In this document: one piece after another, positions 40,177-50,888 of the stretch | Layout: every line of letters starts with the position of its first letter | Numbering within the stretch: the stretch's first letter is position 1 | Source: Giardia intestinalis | Taxonomy: Eukaryota | Direction: 5' to 3' (one strand) | Length of the DNA: 64,000 nucleotides | NCBI GenBank assembly: GCA_000002435.2 | Contig: CM018793.1 | Position numbers and translations under genes: made by a program | Notes under the pieces: generated by a model | What the model was told of the DNA's origin: nothing | Databases searched by the model: none | The model's input: the letters and a program-made list of their open reading frames with translations, nothing else

Positions 40177-40770
40177 CTAGTCGTCCTTCCACTGTCCACG
40201 CTTGTTCTCCTCGATTGGAGTGGAAAATTGGGCATGCCTTGGATAGCGGCCCAATTCAGGGCCAGTGCGGCGCACGTTGATTGTTCCTGTACTGTACAAC
40301 GTCACAGGGTGGTCATAGCGCGCTTGAGTAAGCGGTCTTTCAATCTCTGGCTTGGAGTAGTCTGCAGTGTATGTACTAATCTTTTCGCCATCCGCAATCC
40401 GACCGGCCCTTCCATCTAAAGCATCTTGACGTAGCTGGACATAGCTAGCCCATTCCTTTTCAGCTTGTGCACGAAATCTGGCCTCCAAAGCGGTCCCACT
40501 GGTGACGGGGCGGCCCACTGTATCAAAATTACAGTTGGGGTTGAAATACTCCTTCTTATTGGCACGAAAATCTCCATATTCCTTGTTCGTTGTGTCACTG
40601 GGCATCTTTTGATCCGGATTCGTTGTCTGTACATATACCGTTGGCACTCTACACGTTCCCATCTTGACGGTTCCATCGGGATTCAAGGCGGTCTCGTAGA
40701 GAGATCTCTCCTCAACCCAGTTATCGATCAAGACACGAGGGGGGCCGGGTTCCCGATTGTAAAGGTTCAT
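40177..40770 (-). CDS. Hypothetical protein (197 aa)
   Basis: This is an ORF with compact spacing. No domain was recognised. Confidence 0.45.
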   Translation of the reverse strand: MNLYNREPGPPRVLIDNWVEERSLYETALNPDGTVKMGTCRVPTVYVQTTNPDQKMPSDTTNKEYGDFRANKKEYFNPNCNFDTVGRPVTSGTALEARFRAQAEKEWASYVQLRQDALDGRAGRIADGEKISTYTADYSKPEIERPLTQARYDHPVTLYSTGTINVRRTGPELGRYPRHAQFSTPIEENKRGQWKDD

Positions 40771-40813
40771 TTCTTTGAAGAGTCCGAGGGTTCTTTGAAT
40801 TACGTTTTGAAGT

Positions 40814-40825
40814 AAAAATTAAAAC
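40814..40825 (+). promoter_or_regulatory. A/T-rich initiator-like element AAAAATTAAAAC, 3 nt upstream of the ATG at 40829
   Basis: An identical 12-mer recurs 6 nt upstream of the ATG at 52887. It resembles the diplomonad AT-rich initiator. Confidence 0.45.
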
Positions 40826-40828
40826 AAC

Positions 40829-42904
40829 ATGGATTATCAGCGGTCACGGCAAAAGAGCCCAGTCGGGAAAAAACAGTGGCTATCTAGTAGTCAGCGGGAT
40901 CATCGGGCTTCCTGCACTACTGCTTCAGTTGATCTCCGCTGCGGATCCCAAAAGTATTTTGACAATTGTATGTCATCGCCTCAGATTTCTCAAGAATCTA
41001 GTGGGATAACACCCGTCCCAACAAACTATCACTACAAAGACTGTGCTGTTCAGCGGAAGGGCCATCAAAGCCTTTCTGGGATCGGTGTTATGGACACTGA
41101 ATGTTGCTTTGATTTACCTTCTATACCTGCCTCTGACCGGCAAAATTCATCATCGGAGATATCCCAACCATACATGCTTCGATCAGACCGTGCTCAGCAA
41201 ATATACAAGCCTCGCGCTATACGGCCAGCAGCTGGCCACACCGCGGTGGTCTATGGGCACAATCAAAGTCAACACCAGGAGGATATGCTCCCGCGGAATG
41301 TCTATAAAAAGCTAACTCAGATGCTTCAAGCCAAAATTGCCGCTGATAGCGCATACACTGAGGAAGACCTTGTCCGGCTGTTCACTTCCCTTTATTTTTC
41401 TAATGCTACGTTGGACAAATATGCGCTTGTAAAGTACATAGAGACAATGGCCGAGGCGTTTGCAGTCAGTGACCCGCTGCGTATTATTCGGGAGAAGAAC
41501 CTCGCGCAAGGCCTGGACATCTTTGGCAAGAGCATAGCCGATACAAGTATACGACTACCTAGCGAATTATCTCATGAGTCTATTTCTAAAGCTGCAGATA
41601 AGTTGCTTCTACGAACTTTAACGCGTAGTTCTAACAATCCACGGACACAACGAAGTTCTGGCACTCATAGCTTGCCTGTCTCTTTGCCAGCTTTGCCAAA
41701 CACCCTGAGCACTGGACAGAAGAGTAGTTCTTCTTTCCATAATCACTCAACTGTGCAACCAACTACTTGTCTGCAATCTCCTTCTCCTCCATCGATCTCT
41801 ACAAACCAAGGTTTAAACACTGATTCTACTCTTAAAATCTTAAGTCTAACCACTCCAGTTTGTCCTCCACTAGTGCAGTCAAAGCAACAGCAACAACAAC
41901 AGCAATCTGTGTCTCAAATACCTCCTGCAACCCTCCAGGAACAGTTTCAAAGAATACTAGAGCAGCAAGCTATTCAACAAGCTCAGCAGCAGGCCCAAAT
42001 ACAGCTTCTACAGCAGCAGCTATGCATCCAGCAAGAGTTGCAACAGCAGCAACTGCTTGAACATCAAATTTATAATGAAAGGATCCGAAATCAGGAATAT
42101 ATCGATTATCTACATACAAACAGGCAGGTGGAACCCTTTCCGCATCTCGCTCGCATGCCAACTGCGTCTCTATCTCTTCCTCGGTCTACAACTGTGGCAA
42201 CCTCTCGATCTGCAGGGGGCATGGGTGTTTTCAAAATACCAGTAAGAAGAAGGCAAACTGTCAATTGCCACCAGCTAAACACTAGAGCGAACGTATCTCC
42301 TGATAGAGCGCATGTTAGTGATCGACGGCAGCAGCTTCTCTATGAGTGCCGTTCTCGTGCACAGGAGCTGGCTGATATCCTTCTCTCTAATAAGATAACA
42401 GATAGCCAAACAGCGAATGAACTGGCAAAGGTTGATTGGAACCAGTTTACCTATTCAAAGGAATTAGAGAACGACCGGGTTTATGATGCACCCGCGCTCC
42501 CCAGTCAGGTAGATATACCAACGGGTATGCAGAACAGCGCTTCCCAGGCTCCATTAATCGTTGTCGAGGAGCTTGACAAGGCCGTACAGAACACAGTACA
42601 GGAGGATCTGCCAGACACCCCCATCCTTCTTTCTAAGTGCAGGCCAAGACGAGCAGGAACTCCTCTGTTATACAGAGAAGGAATTACGACTATTTTATCA
42701 TACGATGATGAAGATACAGACCCTAACATCATTTGTAAGTTAGAGTCTAGAGGCAGAAGTAGGCTTGGAAGGCGTCATATGAATTCAGATCTGGATCACC
42801 ACCAGTTTAGTGTCGACATTGATGTTGAGTTAGAGGCAGACTCTGTTACACTCGACAATATGCCCACCACCAGCAAGCGCCCCGCAGATCATCCTGTACT
42901 ATAG
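40829..42904 (+). CDS. Gln-rich (poly-Q coiled-coil) hypothetical protein (691 aa)
   Basis: The start codon is preceded by AAAAATTAAAAC. A QQQQQQQSVSQ...QQAQQQAQIQLLQQQLCIQQELQQQQLL tract is present. Confidence 0.55.
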   Translation: MDYQRSRQKSPVGKKQWLSSSQRDHRASCTTASVDLRCGSQKYFDNCMSSPQISQESSGITPVPTNYHYKDCAVQRKGHQSLSGIGVMDTECCFDLPSIPASDRQNSSSEISQPYMLRSDRAQQIYKPRAIRPAAGHTAVVYGHNQSQHQEDMLPRNVYKKLTQMLQAKIAADSAYTEEDLVRLFTSLYFSNATLDKYALVKYIETMAEAFAVSDPLRIIREKNLAQGLDIFGKSIADTSIRLPSELSHESISKAADKLLLRTLTRSSNNPRTQRSSGTHSLPVSLPALPNTLSTGQKSSSSFHNHSTVQPTTCLQSPSPPSISTNQGLNTDSTLKILSLTTPVCPPLVQSKQQQQQQQSVSQIPPATLQEQFQRILEQQAIQQAQQQAQIQLLQQQLCIQQELQQQQLLEHQIYNERIRNQEYIDYLHTNRQVEPFPHLARMPTASLSLPRSTTVATSRSAGGMGVFKIPVRRRQTVNCHQLNTRANVSPDRAHVSDRRQQLLYECRSRAQELADILLSNKITDSQTANELAKVDWNQFTYSKELENDRVYDAPALPSQVDIPTGMQNSASQAPLIVVEELDKAVQNTVQEDLPDTPILLSKCRPRRAGTPLLYREGITTILSYDDEDTDPNIICKLESRGRSRLGRRHMNSDLDHHQFSVDIDVELEADSVTLDNMPTTSKRPADHPVL

Positions 42905-43137
42905 TGAAATGGCACAGAAAAGCTGACCACTAGTGAATTATTATCTCCTGTCGAACACTGCCTTGTGCTAGGCCATAGTTCTTACACATTAGCCCCAAGA
43001 ATGAATTTACCTGAGAGTTGCACGCAACCCTTGAAGTATACAATCCTAGTATCTACTGAGGTCTTATCTTACGAACTGACCCTGCACAGTGCAACGAGAT
43101 ACCTCTTTAACGTGGCAGCCAGCCAGCCAGATGCAAA

Positions 43138-43401
43138 TCACTGGAAGATGGAGAGAAGTCTCTGGAACACGGTTAGTCGCTCTGTTCTGCCTCTAACAGG
43201 CTGCCAGGCAATCTCCATTTGGTTATAATAAGGCCAGTCTGGAACTGTCGCCAGTGCTGCCAGACACAGGCCAAAGGCGTGAACAAGAAGACCAATGCCC
43301 ATGTTCTTGAAGGCCCAGGCTGTTAGAAGACCGAACAGTGCAAACAAAATAATGATCAGACGCATCAAGTGCCCCGCGCGAATCTGTCCTCTATAATCCA
43401 T
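43138..43401 (-). CDS. SPCS1: Signal peptidase complex subunit 1 (SPC12/Spc1)
   Basis: This 87-aa protein shows an MDYRGQ N-terminus, two TM helices, and PDWPYY plus IAWQPV motifs. These parallel MDYKGQ, PPWPIY and LKWLPV of SPCS1. Confidence 0.8.
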   Translation of the reverse strand: MDYRGQIRAGHLMRLIIILFALFGLLTAWAFKNMGIGLLVHAFGLCLAALATVPDWPYYNQMEIAWQPVRGRTERLTVFQRLLSIFQ

Positions 43402-43424
43402 TCTTTTAAAAATAGGAGAGTCGA

Positions 43425-45410
43425 ATGCCCCTTCCTGTTGGTGATATCTGTAGAAAATTCAATACCGTTGTGCAGATACTGATTCTGATGACTACCAGCA
43501 TCGTCCTGTTCTCCTCTCCCTTCTGCCTTGTCTACTATGTTTCTTTCTCATACAAATTAGATTTCCTTGGAATGCTTGTAAGTCCCGTGACTCTCGTGCT
43601 AGTTGCCTTGATTTATAATGTCTCTCTTTTAGTCTACACGGCGTGTCTATTCTTCTCTAGGACACGCGCTCCAGAGCTGGAGTCAGATGCCTACATGAAC
43701 AAACGGTCGAAGAGTGACCTTGAGCGACAGCACCTCCTAGCCAATGAGCACCCTCTAGGAGATGTGGATGTAGATGATCGGTATACGAGAACAGCAAAGA
43801 CTCACCTTGGCCCTCTTCAGAGCTTCTTTATGAGGTACATTAAAAGACATAACATCACGGCACTGGTCTTATTCTTGCTTTCCTGGGTATTCGCACTGGC
43901 TATAGCTTGTTATTATTATGCTCCTTTTAACCCAATTAAAATTAAGTCAATCAAACCATATCAAACCCTCGCATATTCGAATGCATCAGAATCCATTCAA
44001 ATCACGTGGAACAAAGACAAGTCGCGGGATAACAAGCTCCTGGTGTTCAAAGAAAACTGGATGCCAACCCGGGACGACATGGTGAACCCCTCTCTGTGGG
44101 ATGAGATTGTCCCATCTGTTAACAGCAATCAGCGCTACGCAGTCTTTACTAATTTGACACCGGGGCGATGCTACTACTACTATGTCCCATCATTTACGAC
44201 ATCAGATGAGCTTAATAGCATGTGCCTCCTCCCCACTGATGCCCAGCCAACAATAGCGATTATCGCTGATATGGATTCCTCCCCGTACATCAATCGGCTG
44301 CTCAACGAGAGATTGCATAGTCTCAACCCAAATCTGACAGTCCTCCTGGGCAACATGGTGAAGTTTGGAACTCAGGAATCTGAATGGCTACTATTTATGC
44401 AATCGCAGGGGGTGTTCAACTATTTTCGAAAAAATCCTGCTGTTGCACTTCCGGGTTTTAAAGAATCTAAGGGGTCTGCCTTCTTTTCAAATCGCCCCCG
44501 TTACTTCTATTCCCTGGTGTTTTCTGACTCCCAAGTTCTTTCTCGACACAACAATAACAGTAACAGCAGCAACAGCAAGGCCCACTATAGCACAGAGGTA
44601 GCCAAGAGTACGCAACCCATATTGCATCGACGCACACACTCATACACCCCCAAGACCGTCAGTTCTAAGCCACAGCCATATTACACAGACGATGATATGA
44701 AGTATATACCAGAGCATCTGCGCGAATACTATCATGATGAGCAAGTGATATTGGAGCAACAGGAGACAGTGGGCGAGTACAAATACTATATAACCGGTGA
44801 TATGGCCCTCGTCCTCTTGGATTCGATGCAAGAAACCAAGCGTGCACACAAATATAAGGTCCGGCTTGGCTCATTTTTGACGGTTGAGCAGGTCAATTGG
44901 TTAGTTTCAATCCTGGAGACCGATGCTGTGAAACGGGTATCACATGTGGTCTTGTTTGTGCAGGCACCTCTTTATAGCACAGCTGAATTCAGCGGGGTAA
45001 CACTGCTTGCAGAGTTACTCGAGCCGATTATTTGTACATATAGGATCTCTGCTGTCTTTGCTGCAGATTCACGTATTTATGAACTCTATCATGATAGCAA
45101 CACCTGTAGTACATATGGGGTCAACCACACCTTCCTTCACGTAACAGTTGGTAGCGGAGGCTCGCCGCCTGCGTCCATGCTATCCCTCTTTCTGGGGAAG
45201 CGGCGCTGGAATGCACTGAGCTACTCTGCCAACTCCTCTGGAGAGGATCCAGAGCCTGCCAACGGCCTGCGTACCAGGGTGTATGCAAGGTCAGGGTTTA
45301 CATATGCGACACTGGCTCTTACTACGGATCATGCATTAGTGGTTACCGCGTACGATATCACCACAGGAAAAGAGGTCAGCAACTTTCAGCTATCCGTGCA
45401 GAAGCGATGA
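43425..45410 (+). CDS. Membrane protein (661 aa) with N-terminal TM helices and a possible degenerate calcineurin-like/purple-acid-phosphatase-like domain
   Basis: Two to three hydrophobic helices lie at the N-terminus. The later motifs IAIIADMDSSPY, TVLLGNMVKFG and YYITGDMALVLLDS loosely resemble metallophosphoesterase motifs, but the metal ligands are not conserved. The gene is divergent from SPCS1 across a 23-nt spacer. Confidence 0.5.
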   Translation: MPLPVGDICRKFNTVVQILILMTTSIVLFSSPFCLVYYVSFSYKLDFLGMLVSPVTLVLVALIYNVSLLVYTACLFFSRTRAPELESDAYMNKRSKSDLERQHLLANEHPLGDVDVDDRYTRTAKTHLGPLQSFFMRYIKRHNITALVLFLLSWVFALAIACYYYAPFNPIKIKSIKPYQTLAYSNASESIQITWNKDKSRDNKLLVFKENWMPTRDDMVNPSLWDEIVPSVNSNQRYAVFTNLTPGRCYYYYVPSFTTSDELNSMCLLPTDAQPTIAIIADMDSSPYINRLLNERLHSLNPNLTVLLGNMVKFGTQESEWLLFMQSQGVFNYFRKNPAVALPGFKESKGSAFFSNRPRYFYSLVFSDSQVLSRHNNNSNSSNSKAHYSTEVAKSTQPILHRRTHSYTPKTVSSKPQPYYTDDDMKYIPEHLREYYHDEQVILEQQETVGEYKYYITGDMALVLLDSMQETKRAHKYKVRLGSFLTVEQVNWLVSILETDAVKRVSHVVLFVQAPLYSTAEFSGVTLLAELLEPIICTYRISAVFAADSRIYELYHDSNTCSTYGVNHTFLHVTVGSGGSPPASMLSLFLGKRRWNALSYSANSSGEDPEPANGLRTRVYARSGFTYATLALTTDHALVVTAYDITTGKEVSNFQLSVQKR

Positions 45411-45458
45411 CTTGCTATCACCACTATTGCACACCCACAGACCCCTTAGAGATCCATC

Positions 45459-46913
45459 TCACTTGTATTCTTTTATCTTGTCCAACAGCATATTGAATTT
45501 GGCGTTTATTTCTTTCTCTCTAATGTTTTCACTCAAGCTCTTCTTCAGCCATGTGCGGTTTTGATGAGCCAGAGCTTGTTCGCAAGACTTCGTCTCCTGC
45601 TCTTCTAATCTCACTGCCAATTTTAGATGTTGCATCTCCTGTTTTTCAAGCTCCCTCTCCTGTTGTCTGGCCATTTTCTTGAAGTGCATATCTCTGTCGT
45701 ACTCTTGCTTGAGTGCAACAGCCTCTTCTTTCTTACGAGCAATGTAGCTAAGTTGGGCATTGTGAATATCTTTCCTTATCGCACGGGCCTCCTCTCTGTC
45801 TCTGTCTTGCTGCTCCTTTTCCTCCATAGCTCTTTGGCCACGTTCATGCCTCGCCTCGTCATCAGCGTCTTTTAGAAATTCTTTCACCCTTATCTTATGT
45901 GCCCGCAGTATATTAATTTTATCCTCTGGGCCTGCGTAGCAATCCATCATCCTCTCAGCAGCCTTCTCCGATATTTTTGCCTGCCGCTTGCTCTCAATTA
46001 AAGAATCTACGAATTCTTGGTTTTTAATTGCTTCGAGTCTCCGCTGCTCGGCCTCCTGGGCGGCTCGTAACTTCATTTCGTTCATGTATTCATGTGCTTT
46101 TCTGCTCTCCTCCTCCTTCTCTGCCTGTTTAATGGAATCTTGAACCTTCCTTATTTCATCTTCCTGTTTTTTAAATTCTTCTACTTCACGTTGGTAGTCA
46201 GCCTTCTTCTTTAGCTCTTTTTCACTATCAGCTGCACGCTCAGTATAGATCTCTGTTAATATATCTTTTATCTCTTGCCTTTCTTGCTTGAGTCTCTCCT
46301 GCTTTTCTTCGTCGGCTTTGCGTTTATTGTCCGCAATGGTCTCCAGCTGCAATCTGGCCGCTTCTGTGTCTGGACGATGAGTTTGCCGAAGGTACATGGT
46401 GTTCCGTTTGTTGAACAGGCCTCTTGCTTCCTTCTCTGTTGACTCTAGGAGAGGCAAGAGGGCAGCCTTTTCATCGATACTCATGGAGTAGTCAACTACT
46501 GCTACTGTGTTATTCGTCAATAGTTTAACGAGGGCATCTGCTTTTATGGCAGATGAAGCGCTAGTAGACATCGATTTGGTATCAGATGGTAGAAAAGGCT
46601 CCACATTAGACTCTGAGACAATAGGGTCTCTACCACCAGACTGGGGGCTCATGATGTGTAGTGGGGTCGTAGATAAGCGCATAACCTTGTAGGTCTGTGG
46701 TGTCTGGGCGGTTAGCTCAGCGTTACTGACCCGTGATCCCGAGAGCGAAGCAAGGAGCGATACGGGCTGCGACGGGCGTAATCTGCCAGGAGTTTGTGTA
46801 GATTGCGATGCTATCGGCAAAATGGGCTCAGCAGGCACGGTTATACCTAGATGATCTAGAACATTAAAAGCCATCTGAATTTTAGTGAATTTCCACCTCA
46901 AGACCTTAAGCAA
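45459..46913 (-). CDS. Coiled-coil protein rich in Glu, Lys and Arg. It resembles trichohyalin-plectin-homology (TPH) proteins and may be axonemal.
   Basis: About 300 aa form a continuous charged heptad region, EEKQERLKQERQEIKD...RRLEAIKNQEF...REEARAIRKD. Confidence 0.5.
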   Translation of the reverse strand: MLKVLRWKFTKIQMAFNVLDHLGITVPAEPILPIASQSTQTPGRLRPSQPVSLLASLSGSRVSNAELTAQTPQTYKVMRLSTTPLHIMSPQSGGRDPIVSESNVEPFLPSDTKSMSTSASSAIKADALVKLLTNNTVAVVDYSMSIDEKAALLPLLESTEKEARGLFNKRNTMYLRQTHRPDTEAARLQLETIADNKRKADEEKQERLKQERQEIKDILTEIYTERAADSEKELKKKADYQREVEEFKKQEDEIRKVQDSIKQAEKEEESRKAHEYMNEMKLRAAQEAEQRRLEAIKNQEFVDSLIESKRQAKISEKAAERMMDCYAGPEDKINILRAHKIRVKEFLKDADDEARHERGQRAMEEKEQQDRDREEARAIRKDIHNAQLSYIARKKEEAVALKQEYDRDMHFKKMARQQERELEKQEMQHLKLAVRLEEQETKSCEQALAHQNRTWLKKSLSENIREKEINAKFNMLLDKIKEYK

Positions 46914-46994
46914 GGACCTTAAAGCAGATGCCTTGATTACATTAGTAGCTTTAGACTCAATAAGAATTCAGTAAGGATTTACTAATAAAGACGA

Positions 46995-47855
46995 TTACGA
47001 AGTGACTGGCTTCAGTGATCCGATTACCTTTTGGACAGCAAGGACAGTCTGCACGAGGTCGCTGACGACATAGCCACAGGCCATGGCTCTGTGCTCACTT
47101 CCAATAAGCTCTGTCACATCTATACCCAAGAGAAGGTTAATTGTCTCCTGCACAAGGACCAAGATTTCCGGGTCCACATCTGCTTCTCTTTCCTCAAGGT
47201 GAGAAATAATGTGGCGAATTTCCTCTTCAAGAATCTGAAGAGCGGCCGAATATTGCCTAATCTGCATAGGAAAGGTGGAACTTCCTGTGTGAGACGTTAT
47301 TGCTCCAGTAGAGACGGAGTTATCTGTGGCAGAGTCCCCGCTCAAAACGACCCGCTCAACGTCTGAAACCATGACCTTTGATGCAATAAGGTGTGCAGAT
47401 ATCACCCCATTGACTGTAGCGAAGGCGTATGCACGAATGCACGGTCTGTAAACATCGATGTCCGAACTGAGCTCAGTGCAATCGACACACAGTAGAACCT
47501 TTGTGTGATCATTCTTAAACCCTAGGTGCTCGTGGATGACCATATCTGCAACCTGAATGGCAGTCCCACTTGTGTACCAACCCACCACACCCTCGAAGTG
47601 GTAGACGCGTTGGTAGAGAGACAGCATCTTCTTCTGGTACAGCATGTCTATATAAAATACGCCATCCTGCCCGCGAGCTTCAGAAAATGGAACGGGAAAG
47701 CTCGTTGTTACCCGCACCGTTCCCTCTGAACAGGTGCCAATTAAACAGCCCAACACTCGGCGGTTTTCCGGTCCACCATCTGCAAGTATTCGCCGACGGT
47801 GATCTGCGACGGATAAGATGACTGTTGGGCTGACCTGGACCTCAAGCTGAGCCAT
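46995..47855 (-). CDS. MPN (Mov34/JAB) domain protein of the non-catalytic Rpn8 / eIF3f / CSN6 type
   Basis: The MPN core VILSVADHRRR...VLGCLIG...VGWYTSG is present. There is no JAMM HxH-x7-S-xx-D motif. Confidence 0.8.
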   Translation of the reverse strand: MAQLEVQVSPTVILSVADHRRRILADGGPENRRVLGCLIGTCSEGTVRVTTSFPVPFSEARGQDGVFYIDMLYQKKMLSLYQRVYHFEGVVGWYTSGTAIQVADMVIHEHLGFKNDHTKVLLCVDCTELSSDIDVYRPCIRAYAFATVNGVISAHLIASKVMVSDVERVVLSGDSATDNSVSTGAITSHTGSSTFPMQIRQYSAALQILEEEIRHIISHLEEREADVDPEILVLVQETINLLLGIDVTELIGSEHRAMACGYVVSDLVQTVLAVQKVIGSLKPVTS

Positions 47856-48170
47856 AGCAAACTCCTAGTTTAATTAAAACCCTGTTACCCTGTTTCAATC
47901 AGGCATCATCAACAGCTCCCATCAATCCGCTGGAAGCCCTCTGTGCTGCTTCATCTGTGTATGCTCTGTGGTAGTGGTGTCGTGGACTTGCGCAGACGCT
48001 AGACAACGTGCTAATTTTCGGTCTTTTTGTACGTTGATGGGAGATGTACCCACAGAGTAACACTCCTAACATTATTACCTGTTAGGTACACTGATCGAAA
48101 TTGACCGGGGCGATCTGAGAGCATAAAGGTCAAAGCCATGGACACTATTCGGGATGTGAGTGGCTAACTT

Positions 48171-48193
48171 GCATGCATGCATGCATGCATGCA
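48171..48193. repeat. (GCAT)n / (CATG)n microsatellite
   Basis: The sequence reads gcatgcatgcatgcatgcatgca. Confidence 0.9.
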
Positions 48194-48394
48194 CTTGTAG
48201 CTAAAACCGTGGGGCAAAGGTCACTTGGGCTCTTTCGTAACCTGTCTGTGACCGTAGCAAAGCGCTCGGGCTGATTAAAGAAATCTATGGTTGTGTTTAC
48301 CTTTTTGGACACGTAAACGCACGCGCTTAATTACGTAGCCGGCCACGAAAGCAATTGAATGAAGGTAAATTTGACTTTGGGTAAATAAAGTTAA

Positions 48395-49033
48395 ATGTGG
48401 CCCACCTTCGCTAAATATGAAGAGTACTATGACTTCACTGTCTCGCGTTCCATAGAAAAGGATTGCTACTGTTATACTTTAGCCCCATCATCACCCATTT
48501 CTGTTCCTGGTGTAATCAAATTTTTGAACTGCTACTTCTCCTCCGTGCTAATACTTTTCACTCACGTTAATACGTCAACTCGCGTACAGGCCACGGAGTG
48601 GATTCAGCTCATGCCAACTCCATACCTTGCCGAGGGAGGTACAGATGTCTTTACAATTTACCGCGAAGCCTTTCTTCCACCGTACAACAAAGAGAATGGT
48701 GCCTTAGATAAGCTAGAACTAATACATCTTCTTTGCAAGCAGCCATCGCCAATGTGGGCCAACACCTCATTGTCACAATTTACTCTGTTTCATCGCATAT
48801 ATACCGATGTGTCGCGCTTGACACAGCCGCAGGCGCCCCAAATGATGTTTCAAGACAGATGCGAGCGGAATGGTACGCTTGTTTCCAAGAAAATATATAC
48901 ATTATTAAATTCCATCGCAGGGGCTCAGTACTACCTAGAGCAAGTTCAGGAACTGGATAAGAACGCACAGGTAAGCCCCACTACCAACCCAACTTCCACA
49001 GATGTCATTTGCACAGACTTGTCTAAGTACTGA
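48395..49033 (+). CDS. Hypothetical protein (212 aa)
   Basis: This is an ORF. No domain was recognised. Confidence 0.4.
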   Translation: MWPTFAKYEEYYDFTVSRSIEKDCYCYTLAPSSPISVPGVIKFLNCYFSSVLILFTHVNTSTRVQATEWIQLMPTPYLAEGGTDVFTIYREAFLPPYNKENGALDKLELIHLLCKQPSPMWANTSLSQFTLFHRIYTDVSRLTQPQAPQMMFQDRCERNGTLVSKKIYTLLNSIAGAQYYLEQVQELDKNAQVSPTTNPTSTDVICTDLSKY

Positions 49034-49046
49034 GTCCGGCCCACCA

Positions 49047-50819
49047 TCAGTCGATGCTCTCAATGTAATTTTCTAACTTAACAAACGTAGGAAAATCGAT
49101 ATAAGAGGTTCTAGCATACATTTGATTGCAGATGTCCTCAATTATTGCCCTTTTCCTATCGTGGTCTCTCTCCGAAAGATCCTGTCTCCACAGCCTATGC
49201 CGAGAAGAGGCAACGGACTGGTCTGCTTGGCGTCCCTTCTCCACACGCGGAAAGTACCTGTAGCGCCAGCTGACTGCAAAAGCGTGAGGTGGCATGACAT
49301 AAGGTGTTCCCGTGGTCGTGGTCGTGGAGGTGCTTGTGCTAACATTCATTCCGGGGGCGCGTGCATATCGTCCACCAGCCGAGCCCGGCGGGAGCTCAAT
49401 TCGCATGTGCCCAGGGATTCTCACCCTCGCTGGGTGCATCAGCATAGCACCGTTCATTGGGTACTTATTTATCTGGGCCACATGGGGAGGGAGCTCTCGC
49501 CCAGCCTGCTCTACGGCCACCCGATTCATTCTTGCTGATAATGACGTGTCTACTTGCAGTGCCATAACACTAGGAGGAACGCATGTGCGGGCAGAATGAG
49601 TTTCATAGGAGTTCCTGTACTTTGCGGCGGCATCTGCCAGCAATCCCCCAAGGCAACCTCTTGTGATACGAGCATCCCTCTGCTCTCTACCGGGTCTCTC
49701 AATGAGCTTCTCCTCGTCTTCCTCAAGGAACCCGTAGAGCTCGTTATTGATAAAACCAGAATCTACGCCAAAATCGGGCAACATTGCGGTAAGGAGCTCT
49801 TCTGACATGTTAGATGTAAGACCACTACTCTCTATTAACTTGGAATATTCGCCACCTTCCAGTTTGAGATTAGAGTAACTACTTGCACTTCGTATTATAG
49901 CGTTTTGTAGATTGGCTGAGTTGATAAAGGGATAGCGCCCCTGATTATAGCTAACGGGACCCTGCATCTGCCCTGGATGCTGAGCATTTGGGACGGTACC
50001 TATCCGGCTTAACGAGGACTTTATTAGTGTGTCACATATAGTGTTATTTAGAGTGTCTCGGAATAATAGCACGTGACTAGATTGAGAGCCATCTCCCTTA
50101 TATGTATGGTCTAAGATCGCTCCAGATAGGATATCTCGCTGAGCCTGAGTGAATGTGTACTTCCCATAAACGCGTGAAGGAGACGTAGCCGCAAGACAAA
50201 CCCGGGTGTTGAACTGTCTTGCGACCTCTGCTTCTCCTAGTTCAGTAAGGGAGCCTCCTAGATTAGCGTAGAAAGCCAGAATTGCAATCGCCTGACTAAA
50301 CTGGACGTAGTTGTCCCTCAGCTCCTCGTCAGTACCTCTAAGTACATATTTATCGTTAGTAAAATTCTGCTTCCAGAGAATAATATTTGCGTACTGCTGA
50401 AATGCATGCAGACAGGTGACAGGTGAAAAGTCTCTGTGCTTAAGTCGTGACGAAACGGCGATGAAGTTGAAGCTGTTCTCTCTTGTTAGGTCAACGATTT
50501 CCACTAGCTGCGCGAAGGACCAGCGAGGGAAGTCGTTTATATGCAATAAGTAGGAATAGTAGCGCTCTTCCGATAAAAGGGGGAATGGAGGAATAGTAAG
50601 GCTTTTGATTGTGCTCCTGTAGCGATTAACCAGGCTCTTGCCGCTTTCGTTTGCGAAGGGTGTCAGTAGTGCCACCGGAGGGATGTATCGATGGTCGCTT
50701 GCAGTTGGATGTACATCAGAGAGCTGCCCTGTTACTAAAACCTTGGTGGCTGGTTTAATATAATGCTGAAGAGATGCAAATGGATGATTGGAGGCCCTGG
50801 GTTCATTGTTGTTGCTCAT
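49047..50819 (-). CDS. Hypothetical protein (590 aa)
   Basis: This is a long ORF. It is convergent with 48395-49033 across a 13-nt gap. No domain was recognised. Confidence 0.5.
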   Translation of the reverse strand: MSNNNEPRASNHPFASLQHYIKPATKVLVTGQLSDVHPTASDHRYIPPVALLTPFANESGKSLVNRYRSTIKSLTIPPFPLLSEERYYSYLLHINDFPRWSFAQLVEIVDLTRENSFNFIAVSSRLKHRDFSPVTCLHAFQQYANIILWKQNFTNDKYVLRGTDEELRDNYVQFSQAIAILAFYANLGGSLTELGEAEVARQFNTRVCLAATSPSRVYGKYTFTQAQRDILSGAILDHTYKGDGSQSSHVLLFRDTLNNTICDTLIKSSLSRIGTVPNAQHPGQMQGPVSYNQGRYPFINSANLQNAIIRSASSYSNLKLEGGEYSKLIESSGLTSNMSEELLTAMLPDFGVDSGFINNELYGFLEEDEEKLIERPGREQRDARITRGCLGGLLADAAAKYRNSYETHSARTCVPPSVMALQVDTSLSARMNRVAVEQAGRELPPHVAQINKYPMNGAMLMHPARVRIPGHMRIELPPGSAGGRYARAPGMNVSTSTSTTTTTGTPYVMPPHAFAVSWRYRYFPRVEKGRQADQSVASSRHRLWRQDLSERDHDRKRAIIEDICNQMYARTSYIDFPTFVKLENYIESID

Positions 50820-50888
50820 GAAAAGTTACTTTAGATCTGGAAGTTTAAATTTGGAAGCTCTATTGTTGGCATTACCGGTGAGTTCATC

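Noticed and set aside
43425-45410. Calling this protein a purple acid phosphatase.
   Set aside because: Only loose motif resemblance was seen, and the expected metal-ligand residues (GDxxY/GNHE pattern) are not conserved. It is kept as a low-confidence domain suggestion only.
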